IMG/VR virus record: IMGVR_UViG_3300032304_001646
Span: 1 to 58,903 of that record
Source: a virus
Lineage: Duplodnaviria > Caudoviricetes
Length of the DNA stretch: 58,903 nt
Direction: 5' to 3' (one strand)
The translations under genes were made by a program, and so were the position numbers. The notes below the pieces were generated by a model. It saw only the letters and a list, made by a program, of their open reading frames with translations. It was not told the origin of the DNA and ran no database searches. Each line of letters starts with the position of its first letter. The first letter of the stretch is position 1. This document shows positions 28,778-38,100 of the stretch, piece by piece.

Positions 28778-31700
28778 GTAAATTAAAAAGAATTTATCAT
28801 ATTGCGGATATACACATTCGTAATGTAAAAAGACATAAAGAATTTAGAGAAGTATTCTACTCTATGTTCGATGAGATTAAGAAAAGAGGAACTGAAGATT
28901 CTATTATTTATTTAGCAGGTGATATTGCACACGCTAAATTAGAAATGTCACCTGAATTACTAAAAGAAATAAGTTGGTTATTAACGGAGTGTACAAAACA
29001 TTGTGAAACTATTCTTATTGCGGGTAATCACGATTGTAATATGAATAATTCGGATAGATTGGATGTACTTACTCCAATTGTAGATGCATTAAAATTACCA
29101 AACCTACATTATTTAAGAGATACTCAAGTTTACGGAATAGGTGATGTGGATTTTGCAGTATTCAGTATATTTGATAACAAAAATAATTGGCCTAAAGCCG
29201 ATACATTATTTGCAAACAAAAAGATTGCACTATTTCACGGACCAGTTGATAACTCTCAAACCGATATCGGATATGTAGTATCTTCACGTCATTTTACAAC
29301 TGATATGTTTGATGGATATGATTTAGCCCTATTGGGGGATATTCATAAAAGACAAGAGATGATATCACCATCCGGTTGTAAAGTGGTATATGCCGGTTCT
29401 TTGGTACAACAAAACTTCGGTGAGACATTAGATAAGCATGGATTCTTAGTTTGGGATTTAGATACAATGACCTATGAGGAAGTTGATATTCAAAATGATT
29501 ATGGATATTATACTATGGATATCATAAATGGTATAGTACCAGATGTAATTAATTTACCAAAGTTTCCAAGACTTAGAGTAAGATTTTCTGATACCGATGC
29601 CGCAGATACAAAGCGAGCAATAACTGAAATCAAAATAAAATATGGTGTTGAAGATTTTACAATCATAAAAACTGATAGTTTAGCAAAGAAAAAAACTGGC
29701 GATAGAGATAACCAATTAGAACTTGAAGATATTACGGATGTTAATTATCAAAACTCTTTAATAACCGATTATATACAAAGGATGATGCCATTTGTAACAC
29801 CGGAAGATATATTAGGAATCCAATCATTAAATAAAGAAATTAATAGTAGGATAGTAATAGATGATTTAACCCGAAACGTACAATGGAAGCCGGTAAGATT
29901 TGAATTCTCTAATATGTTTTCCTATGGTGAAGATAATATAATTAATTTTGATAAGGTTAGCGGACTAATGGGATTATTCGCACCAAATGCTAGCGGAAAA
30001 TCATCCCTATTTGATGCGATATCATTTTGTTTGTTTGATAGATGTAGTAGGACATTCAAAGCAGGTAATATACTAAATAATCGTAAATCAGACTTCCATT
30101 GCCAATTGGACTTTAATGTAGAGGGAATCCCTTACTTTATAAGGAGAGAAGCAAGGATGGTTAACAATGGAAGAAACGTTAAAGTAGATGTTCAATTTTG
30201 GAGGGTAAAAGATGGTATAACGGAATCCCTTAATGGAACTGAAAGGAGAGATACTAACTCCATCATTGAACAATACGTTGGTAGGTATGAAGACTTTGTA
30301 CTTACTGCCCTATCCCTTCAGGGAAACAATACCTTATTCATTGATAAATCACAATCTGAAAGGAAAGATTTAATGGCCCAATTTATGGGGTTAGATATAT
30401 TCGATAAGTTGTATGAGGCTGCTAATGAAGACATTAAGGAAGTGAGTGCACTTATCAGAAATTTCAAACGTACTGATTTTACAACCGAATTAGCGACAAA
30501 AGAAACCGACCTAAAAGAATCAAAAAAAATTGTAAACGAGTTAGAGGTAACCCTTAAAGATTTGAATAAAAAAAAGGAGGGAATCCAAAATCAAATATCT
30601 GACCTAAAGGAATCACTAACTCCAATCGATAGCCGATTAGAACTATCCACGTTAGAGGCAGCGAAGGGCAGCATTGAGAGCAAATTGGTAACTAATAGAA
30701 AGGATAGAGAAGATAAAGAAGTTAAGATAAACGAATACCAGACACTTTTAAATGAAGTATCACAATCCATAAATCAACATTCGGAAATAAATGGATTATC
30801 AATAGATGATGCTAAAAAAGAGTGGGATTTAGCAAAGGGTAAAATTGCAGATGTACAACAACAAATAGATAAATTGGAATCACAATACGAATCTAATTTA
30901 GATAAGTTAAAACATTTGGAACAACATGAATATGACCCTAATTGTCAGTATTGTATGAATAACGTATTCGTTAAGGATGCAATTGCTACTAAAGAAATTG
31001 TTAAAACACAAGAATCTCAATTAGAAACTCTTAATATCGGTCACCATGCTTTAATCAAAGCAACTGAACCTTTTGCGGATGTTGAAGATGTGTGGAGTAG
31101 TTTAATAGAACTTCGTAACAAATATCAAAAAGGTGAAATTATTATACAAAAAACGCAAGCGGAGTGGGATGGTTTAGGAACTCAATACGAACTTTTAATA
31201 ACACAACTTTCTGGAATAAAAGCCGATATTAATAGATACAATGCAATATCGGAAACCATATTACAAAATAAAGAAATAAATGAACGTATTAAAAGTTTAG
31301 AAATTCAAAAAAAGGAAGTTGATAAAGATATTTTAGATACAAATAAAAAGATTTTACAAAAAACTGGTGAAATTGGTTCTATTGATTCATTTATTAATAC
31401 CACTAAAGCAAAGATACGTGAAGTAAAAGATTTAGAAAATAAAAATACACTTTACACTTATTATTTAGATGCGGTAAAAAAGGATGGAGTACCGTACGAA
31501 CTTATTTCCAAAGCAATGCCTGTAATTGAAAACGAAGTAAACAACATATTAGCACAAGTTGTAGATTTTTCACTTTCAATGGATACTGACGGTAAAAATA
31601 TTAATGCAAAACTTGTCTATGAAGACCAAGAGTGGACATTAGAAATGGGTAGTGGCATGGAAAAATTTATTAGTGGATTGGCAATCAGAGTTGCACTTAT

Positions 31701-31920
31701 AAACATATGTGGATTACCTCGTCCAAACTTCTTAGTAATAGATGAAGGATTTGGTACATTGGATGCAGATAACCTATCTTCATTGTTTATGATGATGCAG
31801 TATCTTAAAACTCAATTCGATTTTATTTGGGTTATTTCTCACTTAGAACAAATGAGAGATATTGTAGACGGGTTGATAGAAATAAAAAAAGAAAACGGAT
31901 TTTCTAAGATTAAATTTTAG
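28774..31920 (+). CDS. Fused Mre11/SbcD nuclease and Rad50/SbcC ATPase (T4 gp47-gp46-like)
   Basis: ADIH, AGDI, AGNHD, LFHG, LGDIH phosphoesterase motifs; Walker A APNASGKSS; CQYC zinc hook; GSGME signature; Walker B LVIDEGFGTLD; ISH switch. Confidence 0.92.
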   Translation: MSKLKRIYHIADIHIRNVKRHKEFREVFYSMFDEIKKRGTEDSIIYLAGDIAHAKLEMSPELLKEISWLLTECTKHCETILIAGNHDCNMNNSDRLDVLTPIVDALKLPNLHYLRDTQVYGIGDVDFAVFSIFDNKNNWPKADTLFANKKIALFHGPVDNSQTDIGYVVSSRHFTTDMFDGYDLALLGDIHKRQEMISPSGCKVVYAGSLVQQNFGETLDKHGFLVWDLDTMTYEEVDIQNDYGYYTMDIINGIVPDVINLPKFPRLRVRFSDTDAADTKRAITEIKIKYGVEDFTIIKTDSLAKKKTGDRDNQLELEDITDVNYQNSLITDYIQRMMPFVTPEDILGIQSLNKEINSRIVIDDLTRNVQWKPVRFEFSNMFSYGEDNIINFDKVSGLMGLFAPNASGKSSLFDAISFCLFDRCSRTFKAGNILNNRKSDFHCQLDFNVEGIPYFIRREARMVNNGRNVKVDVQFWRVKDGITESLNGTERRDTNSIIEQYVGRYEDFVLTALSLQGNNTLFIDKSQSERKDLMAQFMGLDIFDKLYEAANEDIKEVSALIRNFKRTDFTTELATKETDLKESKKIVNELEVTLKDLNKKKEGIQNQISDLKESLTPIDSRLELSTLEAAKGSIESKLVTNRKDREDKEVKINEYQTLLNEVSQSINQHSEINGLSIDDAKKEWDLAKGKIADVQQQIDKLESQYESNLDKLKHLEQHEYDPNCQYCMNNVFVKDAIATKEIVKTQESQLETLNIGHHALIKATEPFADVEDVWSSLIELRNKYQKGEIIIQKTQAEWDGLGTQYELLITQLSGIKADINRYNAISETILQNKEINERIKSLEIQKKEVDKDILDTNKKILQKTGEIGSIDSFINTTKAKIREVKDLENKNTLYTYYLDAVKKDGVPYELISKAMPVIENEVNNILAQVVDFSLSMDTDGKNINAKLVYEDQEWTLEMGSGMEKFISGLAIRVALINICGLPRPNFLVIDEGFGTLDADNLSSLFMMMQYLKTQFDFIWVISHLEQMRDIVDGLIEIKKENGFSKIKF

Positions 31921-32086
31921 ATGTAACCGGTAATATATTTTTAGGTGTGGTCTTATTTAAAGACTGCACCTTTTCTTTTATAAGGGTTTCCACTAACCCA
32001 TTTATCTTATAACCCTTCTCTTTACAAAAATCTTTTAATACTTGATGAATTTCAGCATCAATTTGTATCATAGCGTATTTTTTCAT
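31910..32086 (-). CDS. Small ribbon-helix-helix-like DNA-binding protein (58 aa, absent from the ORF track)
   Basis: Manual translation MKKYAMIQIDAEIHQVLKDFCKEKGYKINGLVETLIKEKVQSLNKTTPKNILPVTSKI*; alternating beta-strand, helix, G-x-K turn, helix; TATTTATA on the minus strand at 32130-32137. Confidence 0.7.
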   Translation of the reverse strand: MKKYAMIQIDAEIHQVLKDFCKEKGYKINGLVETLIKEKVQSLNKTTPKNILPVTSKI

Positions 32087-32090
32087 ATAC

Positions 32091-32120
32091 TTCTTTAGTT
32101 TTATTTAGTATTCTTTAGTT
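32091..32120. repeat. Three tandem 10-bp repeats TT(C/A)TTTAGT(T/A), candidate operator
   Basis: TTCTTTAGTT TTATTTAGTA TTCTTTAGTT, immediately upstream of the RHH-like start codon. Confidence 0.6.
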
Positions 32121-32129
32121 TTTATTAAT

Positions 32130-32155
32130 TATAAATATTAAACCTAATATTTATT
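32130..32155. promoter_or_regulatory. Divergent late-type promoter pair
   Basis: TATAAATA at 32130 (TATTTATA on the minus strand) and TATTTATT at 32148 on the plus strand. Confidence 0.5.
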
Positions 32156-32176
32156 AACAAATAATCATAGAATCAA

Positions 32177-35100
32177 ATGCCGATAATAAAAAAATATGCT
32201 GAAACATTAACAGCACCATTAACAAATTATAATACGTTTTTGGTGGATGATAACCCCAATTCAACTTATTTCAAAGTAACTGAATTTGCCGATGTATTTA
32301 CTGGCGGTAAAAATGGGTTTTTAATTGAAGGTTCTCCATATCTAAAAGAAACAACTGAAATAAAAATTCAAATATTAGATGTTAACGGAGACCCAATCTA
32401 TTATGAGCCTGGTAATGGTATTCCTGAATACTATGAGGGATTATCAAAATTAATTGCAGTTTATGTGTATGAAGATACTCCAATTGGAGAAGCTAAGATT
32501 ACAATTTTAGGAGAAGCAAAAAATTATATAGATGCAGATGGGATAACGCAAGAAATTCCAGATGAGTGGAAAAGTGTTTATAACTTAAAATGGGAAAAAA
32601 CATTTAAAGTAAATAGATTACTTTCGAATGAAGATAAAGTTAGATTTTACAAAAGACCGGTTGTTAATATTACCGAAATAGTAAAACCAATATTTTCAAA
32701 CGTTGTTGCACAAAAAATACAAACGGGTTCGGTGATTGGTACATCTCAAACACCTGTAGCCGGTCAATCATTACTAAATTATACATCACCAACTTCATAT
32801 CTACTAACTACGGTTGGTAACACATTTTGGACAGCATCAGTAGTTGACACTTATTTGGAATTTCCTAATTTATCTTATAGACCATTAGTAACTGAAATAA
32901 TAAATGACAGACAAATTATTGTACAACCACCATATTACGATGAAGCACAGGGTAGTATAGCTATTGTTGAAAATTTTACAAATGAAGGATTTACTGCATC
33001 TTTTAATTATACGGAGGGAGTTGATAATTTAAAAACGGCATTGACTGGTTCTTTTGCTAAAATTAATATTACCGATTTAACTACATTTGTTGGCGATGTT
33101 GCTAGAGTAAAAATATTTAGAAAATCGCAATCGGATTTAGCAGATTATCAATTCATTCAGGAAATACAATTAGAATCAAATGAATTACTTATAGATTTAG
33201 AATCTCAGGTAAAAAATCAAGAATTCTATGGAATTTTTGATAAAGAAAATTTTAAATCGCAACACCCAACTGGATATTGGGTAACATCATCGAATTCGTT
33301 AACGGCAACATTTAATCAAAATTATTTATTTAATTCAGTAAAATTAGATGGAAACTTATCATCGAATTATTATTACACATCAAAATCATTTAATCTAACT
33401 GAAAATACAGAATATACACTTGGATTAAATTACAGAGGAAATAGTACAACCATAGGACAATTAGGTCAACTTAGAGTTTTTATTAGTGGTTCTAAAGATT
33501 CGGTAATTGGCGGAGATGAACAGGATATAGTAACATTTAAAGCGAATTCATCTGCCATTTTACAAAAACAAATAGCGTCTGTAAATTTTAGAGCTGAAAA
33601 TTTTACAAATTCAAAACTATATTTTGAAGTAAAAGGAACTGGATGGCATATAGCTGATGTAAGTTTAAGAGCCGCTCAAGAAACGGCATATTCTCCTGAT
33701 GAAATAACATTTATACAATCAGTACCAAGAAGTTTGCCAGTTGAAACTTTTGATTATCGTTTTGAATTTTATGATATAAATAACAACTATGTTCCCGTAT
33801 TAGTAGAAGAATCTAAAACATTCGATGGTGGTAATTTACAAACAATTAGAAAACAATTAAGATTAATAGCATCAAGTGCAGGATTTCAATTTGATTCTGG
33901 TTCTAATCCAGTACCACCTACAATTATAACAATAGAAGAAGAAAAAACTTTATTAACAGGTTCGGTGAGTTATACATCCGCATCATTTGATTTTTTTGGA
34001 AACGCATTATCTTCATCACAATATACACAATCTATCTTTCAGCAACCAATACCTCTTTATTCTGGAAGTGGTCAATATCCTGGTGTATTGCAGGGAATAG
34101 GAACTGGTAATGTTTTTATGAGAGTTCAAGATTTCACAGGTTCTAGAAGTGATATAAATGTTCAATTAATAAAATTAACTGGAGAGTGTGAAGGATTTAC
34201 CGATACTATTAACATATATAAAATATTAGATGGATTTGGTGGAGTAAATCATATTATTAGACCTTTTAGAGGAACTCAAATACGAAATAGTAGTACATCA
34301 TCTTTAGAAATACAGGCAGTAAGAATTGATGGTATAAATGATATTTTATTAAGTAAACAATCTTACAAAAACTTTTCTGATATTCAGCTACATATAATAT
34401 CTCGTTCAAAAAATTATGAATTAAATCCAAATTTAGAACCCGATAAATTTGTAAATTTATCATATGTTACTGCTAGTAATATGATTTATGGATTAACAAC
34501 AGGTTCTATTGGTACAGGACAAATAGATTATAATGCAGTATTCAATAGAGATTCAATAGATTTTAGAAGGACAATTTTCTTAATGCCTTCTTCATCAGCG
34601 GCATCAGGTCCCGCATACGCAGTATCTTCATCTATATTAGCATCAATCATATTGGAAGATTTGCAAGATGGTTTAGATAGTGGTAAAGTGTTATTTAATG
34701 TAGATACGTTTACAATAAATCCTAGAATTGAATCCACATTTCGACCTACCTTTGCATTCGCAACAGCATCATTTGCAAAAAGAGGTACTGCGCCTGGAGA
34801 AATAGAATCGGTAACATCTTCGTTTCAGGTTTATCCATCGATGTCAATTAACAAAGATTGGGTTCCTGAATATTGGTTATATTATCATACACAAAGTTTA
34901 GACCCAACTTTAACGGTTGTTGCTAGAGATGAGAATAAAAATATAATTCCATCACAAACACCAAATGGTAATGTTAGAAGTCCTTTAAACCAAACTAAAA
35001 ATTTAACATTAACATTTGTTTATACCGAACCTTGGACTTCGGCATCGGTGAGTATCGATAAAACATTTACAATTGTACCGGAAGGAAAGCAAGGAGATGA

Positions 35101-38100
35101 AAGTATTGTATTTGAAGTAAATCCAATATCAATTACACTTGGTGCAAATTCAAGAGGAGTTATAAATGATTTTAGACCATCTATTACTGATATTAAATTA
35201 AAGCAAGGTGCTTCATATCTTGCGTTTAGTTCAAGTGCATATACTTTAAATAATTTAAGTACACATGGTACTTTTTATATAGCAACTTCTTCTATAATTG
35301 AAAGAAATGTTAAAGCTGGAAATGTACAATTTACATCATCATTTGGAGTACCATATACGGCATCGTTAATAGTAAGTGCTTCATCTAATATGAGAGAATT
35401 AAGTGGAAGTATTGAATATCCATTAATTATACATCCTTACTTTACTTCATCAATTTATACGGCGAGTGTGGTTGTTAATTATACTAAAGTATTAGAAGGA
35501 GCTCCACCAATTCAAATATTAATATCACCAACATCCCCATCATTAATAGCGGATGAAGTTGGATTTGTTACTAATACAAATTATGCAGCGGCTAATACAA
35601 CAATTCAAGTAAAAGAAGGAGATGATTTTTTAATATTTACAACTCAATCAACTGATCCTGGTACTTGGAGAATAAATAAGGTAGAAACTAGTAGTTCACT
35701 AGGAATATGGCCTATTAGAACTGGCTCCGGTATTGATTTTACAAACCCAACGTTATTTAATACACATGGACCGAGTTCATCATCGTTTAGTACAGCAACT
35801 TTAAATTTTAATAGATTTGACCATCCATATGTTTCGGCTAACGCAATATATACCATTCAAGTATATCCATTTGCGCTAGGAGCCGGACATCTATATACAT
35901 CATCTATTTTTACTCGTACTCAAACATTTACAAAAAATGTAACACCACCCAAAGCACGTAGTGTTGATTTTAAAGCATCTTCATATACGGTAAACTACGA
36001 TAGAAATGGTAGAGTTAGTGCTTTATCCAATAATCCAATTATATTATCTGCCACTGCATTTAATACAACATCATCTGCGGATAAAGTATATTTTTCTATA
36101 TACGATGTTGCCTTAGATGGCTCTGAAACATTTAACTCACAATTTGTTGGTTCTGGAAATCCTGCTTTTTGTGATTTGTTTGACCAAGTGAACTATTCTG
36201 ATATAGCACCTGATACACAAAGAACATTTAAAGTTAAAATAACAGACGGAAATCCATATACATCTCCAACTGTAAACCCATATAGAGCAGAAGCTCAATT
36301 AACTATATCTGGTGTAAAGGCAGGGGCTGATTCGTATAAACTCGCTTCAACAAATGATAATTGTTCTATAACTGCTGATTTGTGGACAACGAATGTTAGT
36401 GGTACGGGAATGAAAATAACAACATTCAATGGTAATCAACAATTAACAAATGCAAATCCATTACCACTTCCCAACAACCCAAATGATTTGGATTTTAATA
36501 ATGAACCAATAGGGGTATTAGGATTTTCATCCGCATCCATAGTTTATAAAGATGCTTGGATTAATCAATCGACCGTATTCCCTACTCCTACAACAAATCC
36601 GGCAACAATTGGAAATATTACGGGTTGGACTTCTCCATCTACAAACAAAAGTGGACAAATTGTATATAGAATAGATTTTGAAGGAGATAGATTTAGTACA
36701 AATACTAGTATTAGACCTTTAGCGAGACAAACTCAATTTGTAACACAATCATTCACAGTTCAATTTGAAGCACCCGCACCATATGATGTTCAAATGACTA
36801 ATGAAAATGCATCGGTGGTTTACAAAGTATCAGGACAATATGATTTAACAGGAACAAGTAATAGTATTAGAGTGTATAGAGGTAGTACCGAATTGGTGAA
36901 TACAAATCCATTACCGGCTACTGATACTGATTCATATGGTACTACTGGATTATCAAAAGAAAAATGTAGAGTAACAATATCCAGTAAATCAGGTCACATT
37001 ACTTTAGCGGGTGGTTTAACTGCTGGTCAATTTGTGAGTGGAACTCCTGCAACAATTGGAAGTATTACCGGTTGGGCCGATCCTGTAAATAATCCAACCG
37101 CAGAAATTGTATATCAAATAGAATGTGAAGGAAGACAAACTTTAATTAAAACACAATCATTATCAATACAATACGAAGGTAATACGGGACCTGGTATTGT
37201 AATGAGAGGTATTTGGTCTAATACCGTTGATTACATTGGCGCGGTTGAAACCACAAATAAACGTAGAGATGCGGTAATATGGCCAAATCCGGCAAATTAT
37301 AATAACGAAACTCATTATTGGGCAGCTGCAAGTGGTTCTGGTCCTAATACTGGAAAGAAACATAATCCAGGAATAATTGTAGGACCACAACAACCGGATA
37401 ATGGTGGCTCGGCTTTTCCTTGGGTTGATAGTGACCATTGGCAATATTTAGGTGAAGAAGAATTCTTTGTAGCAGCTAAGATTGCAATATTTGAAGAATC
37501 ATTTGTTAAAAACACAATTAACGTAGGTGTTAAAGATATAAACACTCCATTTGCAAATATTGTATTAGCGGGTGGAAGAACTGACCCGTATATTGCAATT
37601 GGACAAACCGGTACCGTAGGAACTGCGGGAACTGCGGGTTCATCTGCAGCACCTACCGGAGTTATAGGGTATGATAGGCCTGGTATATTTTTAGGAATTT
37701 ATGAAAATGGAACTTCCGGTACAACCGGTAGATTCTCAATCAAAACCACATCTACTTCTGGAAAGGGAATGTTTTGGGATGGGGATACTTTAACAATTGT
37801 GGGAGCGATTAGACAACTTGAACCAGGAGTTAGTGAAGGTTCATTAAGAGGAGCATGGACAGTTGGATTTACTTATTTTACAAATGATATAGTTTCATAC
37901 GCAGGACAAAGTTGGAGATGTACATCTGCGCAAGCACAAAATTACCAACATATTGCAACAAATGATACAGCTGCATTAACGGGATATCCTGGAGCTGGTC
38001 CTTGGGCAATTGCTGCAGCAGCTGGTACATCTGGAACTGCAGGAAGTGGTGGAACTAATGGAACTGCAGGAACTGCAGGTGGACCTGGTCCTGGTGTAGT

